Below, one piece after another: positions 31,273 through 41,409 of a DNA stretch of 64,000 nt (within the stretch, counting starts at the first letter, position 1; each line of letters opens with the position of its first letter). Made by a program: the position numbers and the translations under genes. The notes beneath the pieces are model-generated. The model ran no database searches, had not been told where the DNA came from, and saw only the letters and a list, made by a program, of their open reading frames with translations. Source of the DNA: an uncultured Moraxella sp. (lineage in GTDB: Bacteria > Pseudomonadota > Gammaproteobacteria > Pseudomonadales > Moraxellaceae). The stretch spans positions 40,661 to 104,660 of the forward strand of contig CALTTC010000003.1 in assembly GCA_943908425.1 (NCBI GenBank), given 5' to 3'.

Positions 31273-31698
31273 TTACTCGCGCCATTGGTTAGCTGTGCCA
31301 CATGCAGTACCACGACATTTTTTACCATCGCGGTGCAAAGAAAGCGTCCCATCTGCTGCAACAGCTGATTGCGCTTTTGGCGTGGCGGTAATTACCCAAT
31401 CGCCCGTGCTTGTGTTATCACCTATACCGCTTACCGTCACGGTATACAACGCATTAGATGAACCTTGTGGGTAATCGCCTTCAAACTCAGTTTTACTAAC
31501 GTTGCGGTAACTGCGAGCCACGGTTTTTTGGCGCTCTATGCGTTGTCCAATCAGCTGCATATCCGTCATCATATCCGCACGTTTAGTGCGCACGACATAA
31601 TCTTGATAACGTGGATAAGCAATTGCTGCTAAAATACCAATAATAGTGATAACCACCATTAATTCAAGTAAGGTAAATCCGTCTTGATACTTTACCAC
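31273..31698 (-). CDS. Type IV pilin-like protein (PilE/ComF-type minor pilin)
   Basis: Prepilin leader plus the N-terminal helix MVKYQDG|[20 protein letters not shown]. 141 aa. Confidence 0.75.
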   Translation of the reverse strand: MVKYQDGFTLLELMVVITIIGILAAIAYPRYQDYVVRTKRADMMTDMQLIGQRIERQKTVARSYRNVSKTEFEGDYPQGSSNALYTVTVSGIGDNTSTGDWVITATPKAQSAVAADGTLSLHRDGKKCRGTACGTANQWRE

Positions 31699-32345
31699 GA
31701 CTCAACCCCCCTGCCCGAGCAGTCATTATTAGCAAGCACTAATTGTCTAAAATTAGCACTATTGCTCACCAAACAACGCATGCCATTACTGCCAATTATA
31801 AACTTTTTCGCACCCTGTTCTTCTAGTTTTTTGCTAGGGTACGCGGCTATTTTCCACGACTGTCCCATATTATTAAGAATAACATCATTTAAAAGATTAT
31901 AATTAGCATCGCCTGCCGATAATGGGACAAGACTAATTGCTTTGCGACCCATGCTGCCTACACCCGTCTGACCAGTAAACCCATCAACTACTTCTAACTT
32001 ATAATTATAATTGGTTTCATTGCTACCATTTGGTACATAGACAAGCGTATTTTGAACCACCGAAGCAGCAGAGCGACGTGGCTTGGGGTCATAGCAATAA
32101 GAGCTACCGTCTGGACAATAATTGTCACCGCGATAAGGCACAAAACCCTTATAGGTCAAGGCTTTAGCACGCCAGCGCTCTAACTGTACCTCCAACTGCC
32201 CCATCTGCGCCTGTGCTTCTTTTTCCGCATTTAACACGGTAAAACGCTGGTAGGAGGGTATGGCGATGGCAGCCAAAATAGCAATAACCACCACCACAAT
32301 CATAAGCTCAATGAGTGTAAAGCCTTGCTGTAGCGTTTTGGGCAT
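31692..32345 (-). CDS. pilE: Type IV pilin-like protein (PilE-type minor pilin)
   Basis: MPKTLQQG|[20 protein letters not shown] prepilin N-terminus. 217 aa. Confidence 0.75.
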   Translation of the reverse strand: MPKTLQQGFTLIELMIVVVVIAILAAIAIPSYQRFTVLNAEKEAQAQMGQLEVQLERWRAKALTYKGFVPYRGDNYCPDGSSYCYDPKPRRSAASVVQNTLVYVPNGSNETNYNYKLEVVDGFTGQTGVGSMGRKAISLVPLSAGDANYNLLNDVILNNMGQSWKIAAYPSKKLEEQGAKKFIIGSNGMRCLVSNSANFRQLVLANNDCSGRGVESW

Positions 32346-32354
32346 AGTATTCTC

Positions 32355-35300
32355 CTATTTTTCCCACCAATCTCTTGGATTTAGTACAAGACTGGAGTCA
32401 AAGCCTTTTTTATCAGGATCGCTACCAACCCCACCCGTAGGCGTATTACCGCCATTAGGATCATCAGGTCGTTGCTTCTTACCACAATCTGCACCCGTAC
32501 AATGTGTCACAAGCGTTCCCACCAGTCCTCCAGCAGAACCACCCTCAGTGGTAATCACGTTACCGATAATACCAATACCAATATTGACCGCAGGAATTCT
32601 TGTGAAATCGCCCCCCTTGTCAATCGCACAGTTACCAAAGGGTAGGCACATCAGGCGACGCTGCGTGACACCGCGCTGAACACTACCAGTCACAACTGGG
32701 GGAGCAACAGTGGTCGGCACACCGCATTTACTTGTTACCGTTGGTGCAGGTGCAGGCGGTGCAACACTTGCAGTACCATTGACAATAGCAGAAGGATTAT
32801 AAACGGTAGTAAACAGATAACCAGCCAAGGCATCGGGCTCGTTAAAAGATTTAAGACCTGTCGCCGGCTGCGCTACGCCATCAACCACCCATTCAGCCAA
32901 TGGGTAATACCAGCCTTGGCTTACGCCAGATAACATATCTGATTTGACTTGTACATCGCCCGGAACAAATCTAATCTCACTTAAATCCGCAACCGTCAGA
33001 TTTTTCGTTGCCATCGTTGTATTAGGATCGTACATGCGATTTCTAGCTATCGCGATATCTTTATCCAAGAAAGTGTATAGAGCATCTGGTGTCTGACGCG
33101 TGGCAGATACGGGCAAGCTTCTATTACCAGAACCAATGCTAACCATACCTGTAACACCGCCATCAATTTCTTTAGTGAAAGTTACCAAGGGTCGCTCATA
33201 GAATCTTGGCGCTGTATCGCTACCAGATTTTTGGCCGCTGACGTCAAGCACCTTAACAACACGAGTTACCTTAAAGCTATCACTACAACGCTCTTGCCCG
33301 TTTTCAATAGGACAGGTCGGTTTTTTGTTGTCTAAATCAGCACGCCAAACACGCCCACCCAAGTCAGCGTAATAAATGTGATCAACATAACCGTCGCTAT
33401 CACGATCTAAAACGCGAATTTGACTTACCACACTGTGGTTCATTTCTGGATGAGTACTTGCTTGTAAACTGGTGCCTGCATTCGTAGGACTATTGGCAGC
33501 GCCTTGCGTTGCCCACCATAATAGCTTGCCACTATTAGTAGGGGTTATCTCCAGGCGATTGGTGGTGCTATTAAGCCTTTCTTCACCCACTTGCACGGCA
33601 TAGACGGCGTTACCTTGTGCATTGCCAACCGGTACATAGTCAGCGCTTTCATAGCCATAATCATAGCCGCCTGCCAAAAAATCAACCATCACTTTTTTAC
33701 CACCTGAACGCACGTAGCCCACGCTAGGTTTTGCCCAAGACTGACCCATACGGGCATAGGCTGCATTTTCAGCAGCTGATTTACCACCAAAACCTGCTAA
33801 AGCTACGGTGTTATCCTGCAGTTTTTTACCATAATTGGAGCCAACAGTATATAACAAGGTTGGTGCTGTTTTATTAGAAATATCTAAACTATAGTATTTA
33901 GAGCCACCCATGCGTAGACCACCAGAGGCGATAACACTGGTTGCTTTATACTTTGTTTTATCAGCAGAAAAATCATGGCGACTGGTAACTGTCCAGGGTC
34001 CATCCACGCCATGCGGTACTTTGTTAGCCTTGGTTGTTCCTTCATTTAAAGCATCTGGCTGTAAGTCCAACATCTCTTGTGGCACAAAAGAGAACAACTC
34101 TTGACCTGTTGTATTGTCAACTAAATGTAGCGCCCCCTCCATTGAGCCATAAATAACAGCGTCTTTACGACTATCAGCAACAAAATTACCGTTACTATTG
34201 ACCCCAATTTCATAAGCAATCAATTGTGGGCTTGAGTGTAATACAGCACCTAACGTATAATCTGGTGCAGACTGTGCGTACCCACCCAAAATAGGTGCCA
34301 ACTGAGCAAGATCATTACGCGTGCTAAGCTTCGTATTCACATCTGCAGGGCCTGCTATCTTCATCAGCCCATCTGCTGTATCAACCCAAAGATTTCTTGT
34401 ACCAACTGCAAGATTGTCTAGACGCGATAGCTCCTGATTATATCTAAACAGCTGCGAATAAGTACCGCCCACTTGTGGCATTGCACCATCTGGACGTTCT
34501 GCACTATTCCAAAAATCATAAGTGTCGGGGTTAAACTCACCCTTTTCATTTTTGATCACTGGCTGATTATTAGCACCGAACATTCTAGCATCATTAACCT
34601 TGTATTTTTTTAGGTTACCGTTCCATAACACGTTACTGCCAGGTTTTGGGTCTAGAATCGGTAGATAAACAGAGCCGCTAGCAATATTACCCGTAAGTGG
34701 ATCAATGGGGGCAGACATTGCTCCTGTAGATAGCGGGGTGCGGTCAGGTGGTGGCAAGATAACATCAGAGGGTTTGTCGGTAGGCGGTGGTGGAGTTAGA
34801 CTAAACATAAAGTTTACCACGCTTTCTGTTACTGCTTCAGTATCGCCAACATCCACATAATAAAATCCGCCCTCGCCATAGCCCGCCCCATGCTCACCAA
34901 GCTTACACATATTCTTTGCACGCGCATCTGTAAAACTGTCGCAATTATAAGCCTGCACTTCACCTTTTTGAGTACCTCCTGGTAAGACAACCTGCTTGGG
35001 ATATCGTCTGGCATCTTTAACTTCTTTTAAACCACCGCCATAACCTACCGAGGCAAAACGCACGTCAGCATTGAACTCTCGTCTATCAGGGTCGGTGGCA
35101 TAATTGTCAGTAACTCTAAAGCTTTGATTTCTAATGATATTACCACTGTTATCAAATCTAGCACGAGCAGCTTTTGCCATCTCTCCAGCACAGCTCCAGT
35201 AGCTATATAGTGTACTTGTAACACCTAGTGCTTGCTTCTTAATGGTTGCGTCGTCTAATGTACCTCGACAGACGTTATTGTTACCTGCTGTGATTGAGAC

Positions 35301-36488
35301 GTGTGGCTGATTTCGTAAAGCTGTATTTAAGGTTGCGCGATAAGTATCTTTTCCACCATAACTATTATTTGTTACATCTAAGGCATCGCCATCACTTAAA
35401 AAGTAGATACCATTGGCAGCACATTCATTATCGGGAGATAAAGGTGTTCTATAGGAATTACCCAGTACTCGGCTGTCTGGGTGTGCAATCCTAAATCCCG
35501 AGTAAGGAAAAGTACCCGTCTTTAATTCAGCAAAGTAGTAAGTATTGGTACCCTCTTTTTGAGGGATGACATTATAGAGTGGGTTGTTTTGATAAGGCCC
35601 TAAGGTGACTGCTTTGTCCGCACCTCTGACCCATGTTCCACTAGGACAAGCAGTTAAATGGTCAAATCTATTAGTTGATAGTTTTCTAGCAGCGTTGGTG
35701 GTATCACAAGCAATAAATTGCCCATTTTGCTCTAGACCCAAAGGAAAAGCAACAGGATAGATATTACCTGCATTGGTTCTACCACCTGAGAAATACGCCA
35801 TGGTCTCGGCGATGGTCAGCGCCAATGGATTGGCTTCCTTACCCGCAGCACTTAAAGCGGCAATTTGCTGTGCTATCTGGTAACGATTGGCATCAGTCAT
35901 ATCCAGTGCAGGATAAAGAATCTGACCGCCATTAGGACCGTTTAAAGCAAAGTTACTAGCAAGACCGATTTTAAAGTCAGAGATTTTACCTAGTGGCGAT
36001 TGTATGTTATTGTTTTGCTTGTAGTCGCTGATTTTCGGATTGGGATTGGTTAAAAACTGTAAAAACGCTTCTCTTAATACCGATATGCGCGTAGGATTAC
36101 CATCACAAGTTTCATAGCGATAAGCAACGGATTGTGATGTTCTGTTGCCGTTTTCATCATAAAAGGGGAGCTGTCTTGTTTCCAGCTTGTGTCTACGCGC
36201 ACTGTAATCTGGATCGCCCCTCACACAGGATTTGATGTTACTTATACCATAGTCAGCATCATAGCTACCAGCTTCTATACCCATACCCACTCCGATGTTC
36301 AAAACCAACATCAAGACAGGTTTAGATTGGGGTGGAGGCTGCTGTGATGGTGGCACACTAGGCGATATGGGCACGATGGTATGGTGATTATAAATTTCCA
36401 AATCATCGGCATGTGCTGTAGACAATGCACAGCTAACGCTCATTGCTAAGGCAGACAGAACAAGCTTATTTTTTGCGTAAGCACTCAT
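32355..36488 (-). CDS. pilY1: Type IV pilus tip adhesin / biogenesis factor PilY1 (PilC-like)
   Basis: 1377 aa with a signal peptide, lying between pilX and pilE. C-terminal beta-propeller region with the PilY1 calcium-binding loop DRDSDGYVD followed by GGRVWRADLD. Confidence 0.85.
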   Translation of the reverse strand: MSAYAKNKLVLSALAMSVSCALSTAHADDLEIYNHHTIVPISPSVPPSQQPPPQSKPVLMLVLNIGVGMGIEAGSYDADYGISNIKSCVRGDPDYSARRHKLETRQLPFYDENGNRTSQSVAYRYETCDGNPTRISVLREAFLQFLTNPNPKISDYKQNNNIQSPLGKISDFKIGLASNFALNGPNGGQILYPALDMTDANRYQIAQQIAALSAAGKEANPLALTIAETMAYFSGGRTNAGNIYPVAFPLGLEQNGQFIACDTTNAARKLSTNRFDHLTACPSGTWVRGADKAVTLGPYQNNPLYNVIPQKEGTNTYYFAELKTGTFPYSGFRIAHPDSRVLGNSYRTPLSPDNECAANGIYFLSDGDALDVTNNSYGGKDTYRATLNTALRNQPHVSITAGNNNVCRGTLDDATIKKQALGVTSTLYSYWSCAGEMAKAARARFDNSGNIIRNQSFRVTDNYATDPDRREFNADVRFASVGYGGGLKEVKDARRYPKQVVLPGGTQKGEVQAYNCDSFTDARAKNMCKLGEHGAGYGEGGFYYVDVGDTEAVTESVVNFMFSLTPPPPTDKPSDVILPPPDRTPLSTGAMSAPIDPLTGNIASGSVYLPILDPKPGSNVLWNGNLKKYKVNDARMFGANNQPVIKNEKGEFNPDTYDFWNSAERPDGAMPQVGGTYSQLFRYNQELSRLDNLAVGTRNLWVDTADGLMKIAGPADVNTKLSTRNDLAQLAPILGGYAQSAPDYTLGAVLHSSPQLIAYEIGVNSNGNFVADSRKDAVIYGSMEGALHLVDNTTGQELFSFVPQEMLDLQPDALNEGTTKANKVPHGVDGPWTVTSRHDFSADKTKYKATSVIASGGLRMGGSKYYSLDISNKTAPTLLYTVGSNYGKKLQDNTVALAGFGGKSAAENAAYARMGQSWAKPSVGYVRSGGKKVMVDFLAGGYDYGYESADYVPVGNAQGNAVYAVQVGEERLNSTTNRLEITPTNSGKLLWWATQGAANSPTNAGTSLQASTHPEMNHSVVSQIRVLDRDSDGYVDHIYYADLGGRVWRADLDNKKPTCPIENGQERCSDSFKVTRVVKVLDVSGQKSGSDTAPRFYERPLVTFTKEIDGGVTGMVSIGSGNRSLPVSATRQTPDALYTFLDKDIAIARNRMYDPNTTMATKNLTVADLSEIRFVPGDVQVKSDMLSGVSQGWYYPLAEWVVDGVAQPATGLKSFNEPDALAGYLFTTVYNPSAIVNGTASVAPPAPAPTVTSKCGVPTTVAPPVVTGSVQRGVTQRRLMCLPFGNCAIDKGGDFTRIPAVNIGIGIIGNVITTEGGSAGGLVGTLVTHCTGADCGKKQRPDDPNGGNTPTGGVGSDPDKKGFDSSLVLNPRDWWEK

Positions 36489-36505
36489 TGAATTATCCTT
36501 AAAAT

Positions 36506-37279
36506 TTAACTAATACATTTAAAATCAGTAGCCTGACCACGGAAAGTTTGCACTTGAATATTATGGGGTACACCAAGCCGTGACAGACATTGCCCAATGG
36601 TTTCAGAGTACCTGCTTGTATCAATTTTTTCGGTCATCTCCACCGGCAGTTTTAAACATTCATTGATACTACTACGGCTAGCATTACTATAACTAGGTAT
36701 CAGTGAGACGGCGTGTGCATCAAAATAAGAACACAAGGTATTAACGGCACTTGATGTAGACACAAAGTCATCACTAGAGGTTGCGATAGCCTCCCCACCA
36801 AACGCTTGGTTTTCGTTACTCTCTTTGGTTTTTCTCAAAGTCAGCTGTGTAACAATACGTCCTTCGCTTACATAATGGTTATTGTTGGTTGTATCACAAA
36901 AACCGCTATCACGTCTTGCTGCCAGTGGATACCCCAAGGCGTTTTTTTCAGTGATCACCGATGTATTAAATAGCTTTTCAGCATCTTTACGCAAACAAAG
37001 CACAATTTCAGCGTTTATATATTGCTCTCCAGGTCGAGACAGATAGCCTTGTAGCGTATCACGGCGTCCTGCTTTATTGCCAGAGGCATCCGCGCGACTT
37101 TCTTGCTCAATTTTAGCTAAAGCAATATTGTTGGCTTGAAAGTTAAGTTTGCTTACCTGTGCTGCCGTCGCTACCTGCAAGTCCGTACTACTACGCTTTA
37201 GGGCAATGATGCCAATCACGCTAATCACAAGCAACAGTACTGCTACCACAATTAGCGCAAACCCTTGCTGGGAATTCAT
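36506..37279 (-). CDS. pilX: Type IV pilus minor pilin PilX
   Basis: MNSQQG|FALIVVAVLLLVISVIGIIAL prepilin-like N-terminus. Positioned between pilW and pilY1. Confidence 0.75.
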   Translation of the reverse strand: MNSQQGFALIVVAVLLLVISVIGIIALKRSSTDLQVATAAQVSKLNFQANNIALAKIEQESRADASGNKAGRRDTLQGYLSRPGEQYINAEIVLCLRKDAEKLFNTSVITEKNALGYPLAARRDSGFCDTTNNNHYVSEGRIVTQLTLRKTKESNENQAFGGEAIATSSDDFVSTSSAVNTLCSYFDAHAVSLIPSYSNASRSSINECLKLPVEMTEKIDTSRYSETIGQCLSRLGVPHNIQVQTFRGQATDFKCIS

Positions 37280-37290
37280 TGATGAATATC

Positions 37291-38340
37291 TCACACGACA
37301 CCTCGAGCATTACGAATCAGAATGTTACTGGTATACACATCACGCATCTTACCGTCATCAACTGAAGAAACCGTTTGATCTAGCACCTTATAGCTGTTAT
37401 TTGGTGCCTGAATCGGATTATCGGCACGCATTAGTAACCCTATCTGCATGGCAACGATACGTTTGGTTGTCTTGCCTGTTGCGACATCTAGCCCAAAAAT
37501 ACTATTCATGCTTGCCAAGGCAGGAATGGGACGATATTCAATCGCTAATTCACTGGGCTTTGCTGCAAATTTTTTGCTATCCGTCAAACCCATTAATACC
37601 TGAAAATTCTCAACATTGGGCACGATAATTTGACCATCGCCAGCAAGATTATTGGCACCTGGCGTACCATCAGGTTTTGTATAAGTAGAAATATCTATAC
37701 CATTTTTGTTAGTAGAAGTATTAGGGGCGGACGAAGTTGCCGTGCTTGCAGAAATGCCTTTTGCTAATTCTTCATCATAAGCATAGATCGCAGCAGCACA
37801 AGCAAGACCGCCACTGCGTACAAAGTAGCGTTCAATAACATAATTATCTTTTGGGATAATACGCCCCATACAGTCCACCTTGCCAGCTTCACGCATACGA
37901 TATTGAATAGTCAGTTGGTCACTAGCGGTACCGCTACCATTCTTTGATAGTAATTCAGCGGGGATAAGGTTACCGCCTAGATTGAGTCCGCGCAAGTTGT
38001 TGCCTACAATTTGACCACTTGATAAAGTCGTACCAAACACGCTCATATCGGTAGGTGCCGTAAGCACAATGCCCCCTAAAGCAGTTAGATGGTTTAAAAA
38101 ATCGCCATCACCACCCTCACTATCCCCAAGAGAGCCCAAATTAGCGCGTTGCATATGCCGAGTCAAATAATCCGCACCAAAAACACTATTATCTACTAAT
38201 TCTGAACCAGCTTGTTGAATGTTATTAGACAGCAGTCCTGTATAAAATAGCTTAAAGGCAGCAGCAGTGATTAGTAGGCCAATTATCAAAGCAATCATCA
38301 GCTCTATCAATGTAAAACCTTGCTGGGTATTTCTGCGCAT
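37291..38340 (-). CDS. pilW: Type IV pilus minor pilin PilW. The start is taken at MRRNTQQG|FTLIELM, which overlaps the pilV stop by 1 nt.
   Basis: Prepilin leader plus [20 protein letters not shown]. About 350 aa. Confidence 0.8.
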   Translation of the reverse strand: MRRNTQQGFTLIELMIALIIGLLITAAAFKLFYTGLLSNNIQQAGSELVDNSVFGADYLTRHMQRANLGSLGDSEGGDGDFLNHLTALGGIVLTAPTDMSVFGTTLSSGQIVGNNLRGLNLGGNLIPAELLSKNGSGTASDQLTIQYRMREAGKVDCMGRIIPKDNYVIERYFVRSGGLACAAAIYAYDEELAKGISASTATSSAPNTSTNKNGIDISTYTKPDGTPGANNLAGDGQIIVPNVENFQVLMGLTDSKKFAAKPSELAIEYRPIPALASMNSIFGLDVATGKTTKRIVAMQIGLLMRADNPIQAPNNSYKVLDQTVSSVDDGKMRDVYTSNILIRNARGVV

Positions 38341-38897
38341 CAATTCACCTCTATAAACATACAAGACGCACCCGGATTATAGGCACCGGCTCTAGTCAAG
38401 CAATGGTTACCACTTGCGCCAACCGTAGGTGTAGTGGTATCCCACGCTGCTATCATGCACCGTGAGTTAGCAATAACACTTGCCGTGGTATTTCTAGGGC
38501 AATCTACGATATTAGCCGTAATATCACTATCGGCAAACTGCTTGGCAAATAAGTGTACATCGACCGCCGCTATTTGGGCGGGGGTGCAAAGTGCACTAGG
38601 CGCCGTGCCATCAAGACCACACATGTCACTTGGTGCATTTGCCGCTTTAGCAAGTAATCCCGTCGGCGTAGTCATTGCGCTAAACTGAGTCTGATATTCA
38701 TCCATCGCAGCAGGATTGGTGCGAATTTTCTCTGCTACGCTTTGCATGACAACAAGCACTTTGACGCGCTCAATAGATTCATTGGTTGCCTTAACAGAGG
38801 ATGTCTGTAGGGCAGCAAAGCCTAGCATACCGACCGCAAGTAACAACAAAGCGATTAACGCCTCAAGCAGTCCTATACCCTGTTGGTATCTAATCAC
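38340..38897 (-). CDS. pilV: Type IV pilus minor pilin PilV
   Basis: MIRYQQG|IGLLEALIALLLLAVGMLG. 185 aa. Confidence 0.75.
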   Translation of the reverse strand: MIRYQQGIGLLEALIALLLLAVGMLGFAALQTSSVKATNESIERVKVLVVMQSVAEKIRTNPAAMDEYQTQFSAMTTPTGLLAKAANAPSDMCGLDGTAPSALCTPAQIAAVDVHLFAKQFADSDITANIVDCPRNTTASVIANSRCMIAAWDTTTPTVGASGNHCLTRAGAYNPGASCMFIEVN

Positions 38898-39370
38898 GCA
38901 CAGCCCCCCTGTTGTTTAGTCGCGGTAATAATGTTATAACCTTGAATGGCTACGACTCGTTTATCCACCGTCTCCCCTGTATAGCATATTTCATAACCTG
39001 TACCCGTACCGCCTAGGGGCTCATTAGTAGTAGTTTGTGGTATACCCTTATTAAATACAATACCACCGCTTACAGCCGCTTGTGGCGTGACGACAATATT
39101 TGAGTTTAAGTAAACAATTTTTGTGCCACCGTTAGGATTGTTAAAAGTAAACCTATCACCCGAAAAAGTAACGCTTACACGTTGCTGACTAGCAAACGAC
39201 TCGGCACGCGCCTGCTCCAACACTGTCTTCACCGCTTCGCTCGCCTCTTGCATACGTGAATTCACCATCGTACGCTTCATTGACGGACCAGCAATTGTTG
39301 CCAGTATAGCAACGATAGAGATGACAACCAACAGCTCAATCAAAGTAAAGCCAATCTCGGCACGTTTCAT
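38894..39370 (-). CDS. fimT: Type IV pilus minor pilin FimT/FimU (GspH-like)
   Basis: MKRAEIG|FTLIELLVVISIVAILATIAGPS. The first gene of the fimU-pilVWXY1E-type operon. Confidence 0.75.
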   Translation of the reverse strand: MKRAEIGFTLIELLVVISIVAILATIAGPSMKRTMVNSRMQEASEAVKTVLEQARAESFASQQRVSVTFSGDRFTFNNPNGGTKIVYLNSNIVVTPQAAVSGGIVFNKGIPQTTTNEPLGGTGTGYEICYTGETVDKRVVAIQGYNIITATKQQGGCA

Positions 39371-39564
39371 AGGTCTTTCCACTGAATATAAAGGTACATA
39401 TCACTATTTACAAGCAAGATTCGTTCCAATCTTAATATATTAGCATCAATTATAACACTTTTTACACAAAATACAAATCGACGGGTAAACGACCGCTGTC
39501 CAAGGCTGGAAAGCGGTGTTTTTGGTAAAGGGCATAGAATTAGCGATAAGGTATGCTAAAAATT

Positions 39565-40113
39565 TTAGGCAAATTCCTGTAACTCTGGATTAATGCCACT
39601 TTGAGCGACATTGTTGGCGTAATTACAAAGCGTCGCCAAAGCCACACCCATCACCACATCCAAGACGTTCTGTTCAGTATAACCAGCCTCTTGAAAAACG
39701 CGCAATTCACTGTCGCTTACCTTGCCACGTTTATCCATCAATTGCATGGTAAACTGTGCTAGCGCTTGGTATTTGGTATTACTATCAATACTCGTACGCG
39801 CACGCAGGGCAGACAGCACCTCCTCTGGCATGGACAGCTTTAGCTTACCAATTTTGGTATGCCCTGCCACACAAAAATCACAACCGTTGTGTGCCGCTGC
39901 CGTGATTTGCACCACCTCAATTTCTTCAGGACTTAAAGAGTTTTTGCTGTTAAGCTTACTCACCTCTTGATACATCTCTAGTGCCTGTGGTGAATTGGCA
40001 AGCACGCCAATTAAGTTAGGCAAAAAACCATTGGCTTTTTCCACCGCTTGAACGCGGATCTTCGCGCTCTCGGGTGCGCTATCACTAGTATGAACGGTAA
40101 GACGGGTCATCAT
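39565..40113 (-). CDS. Carboxymuconolactone decarboxylase-family protein (AhpD-like)
   Basis: AhpD/CMD fold with a CxxC-H motif (GCDFCVAGH). Confidence 0.7.
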   Translation of the reverse strand: MMTRLTVHTSDSAPESAKIRVQAVEKANGFLPNLIGVLANSPQALEMYQEVSKLNSKNSLSPEEIEVVQITAAAHNGCDFCVAGHTKIGKLKLSMPEEVLSALRARTSIDSNTKYQALAQFTMQLMDKRGKVSDSELRVFQEAGYTEQNVLDVVMGVALATLCNYANNVAQSGINPELQEFA

Positions 40114-40163
40114 TTTCTCCTTAAATAAAATAATTAATGGGGATACGACGATTATTTACAAGG

Positions 40164-40751
40164 TTAATTACCGTCTGAAAAATTGTCACTAATCGGCTCG
40201 TACGGGGTAATGCTCAAATCTTGGGGGTTGATATTAGGGCGCGAATGGCTGATTTTATCGTTATTAACCTTTTTTACTTGATTAATCGCTTGACGCAATT
40301 CATCATTACGCGCGTCCGCCTCGGCTTCGGCACGTTCCAGCGTATCGGCGTGGGGGTTGGTGCTATCTAAATTATCAACAGGCAGATTGGGAGTTGTGGT
40401 AATGGCTGGCTCGACCAAAACAGGCGGTGTTACCACTGTGGCGGTGTTATCTGGCGCTGGGGTTGGTGTGGCTGGTATCGCTATTGGGGGGTGATTTACC
40501 GATGGCACTACATTGTTAGCAATCGGCTGATCAGCAGCAGTAGTAGGCGTTACCGCTATTGGAGAGCCTACAGGGTTAGCATTCTTAGTAGGCGCAACAA
40601 TAGCTGGCTTGACAATGTTAGGGCTAGGTGTGCTACGCTGATGATTGATATATAGAGCAATGGCGACTATATTTAGTATCACCGCCAATACTAATACCGC
40701 CAAGACAAGTCCTCGGTTGCGCACTGGACGCGCTGGTTTATAAGGCTGCAT
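40164..40751 (-). CDS. Membrane-anchored Pro/Thr-rich protein, function unknown. The start is taken at an internal Met; the longer ORF to 40901 runs into comF.
   Basis: Basic N-terminus, one TM helix (LVLAVLVLAVILNIVAIALYI), a Pro/Thr/Ala/Val-rich linker and a charged helical C-terminus. Confidence 0.45.
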   Translation of the reverse strand: MQPYKPARPVRNRGLVLAVLVLAVILNIVAIALYINHQRSTPSPNIVKPAIVAPTKNANPVGSPIAVTPTTAADQPIANNVVPSVNHPPIAIPATPTPAPDNTATVVTPPVLVEPAITTTPNLPVDNLDSTNPHADTLERAEAEADARNDELRQAINQVKKVNNDKISHSRPNINPQDLSITPYEPISDNFSDGN

Positions 40752-41409
40752 TCGCCCTCCTATCAAACTGTGGACTGCCGTGTGCCACACAAGTTGCCAG
40801 TATGGACAGACTGCTATCCGCTTGCCACAAAGTCTCCGCCACTGCCTGCAAGGTCGCCCCCGTTGTCGCCACATCATCAAGTAAAACCACGGTCGAGGCA
40901 CTAGGTAAAGTAGTCAGGGCAAAGGCGTTTTGGACATTGGTTAAGCGCGCGCTACGGTCTAGTTCACGTTGGTGCGCGCCATCTTGTATCCGCTCAACCC
41001 CCGTATATAGCGGCAAATCGGTCAATAATGATAAATAATCCGCCAACAGTCCCACTGGATAAAATCCACGTGCGACAAGCCTTGCGTGGGTGGTGGGCAA
41101 CGGTAAAATAACTGCTTCATCGGGGATAATTTGCGCCAGTTTACCAAGTGCTTGCAATAATAGCGGTATGGTCTGCAAATTTTCTGCATCTTTTAGTTGC
41201 CCGATTGCTTGTGCAAGTACACCGACATAATAGCCAGCCGCTTGTACTTCAAGAACGCGCCCATTAGCGCATTCCACATTAAAAGGCGGCGGCAACCACG
41301 CCATTGCCTCATCACAATCTGCACACAAAAATCCGACCGCCAGTGGCTTACTTTGACACAGCGTACAAACGTTCTTGCGCTGCATAAGCCAAAGCCCTAA
41401 GCGATACAC
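40738..41409 (-). CDS. comF: ComF-family competence protein (PRTase-like)
   Basis: N-terminal CxxC...CxxC zinc finger (CTLCQSK..CADCDE) and a C-terminal phosphoribosyltransferase motif (VVLLDDVATTGATL). Confidence 0.8.
   Translation of the reverse strand: MYRLGLWLMQRKNVCTLCQSKPLAVGFLCADCDEAMAWLPPPFNVECANGRVLEVQAAGYYVGVLAQAIGQLKDAENLQTIPLLLQALGKLAQIIPDEAVILPLPTTHARLVARGFYPVGLLADYLSLLTDLPLYTGVERIQDGAHQRELDRSARLTNVQNAFALTTLPSASTVVLLDDVATTGATLQAVAETLWQADSSLSILATCVAHGSPQFDRRANAAL

Noticed and set aside
39383-39564. Hairpin ACCGCT-N14-AGCGGT with a flanking T-run near 39500-39545, considered as a terminator of the CMD-family gene
   Set aside because: The T-run lies on the plus strand, where nothing is transcribed into it. 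On the minus strand the stem is not followed by a convincing U-tract. It is left uncalled.
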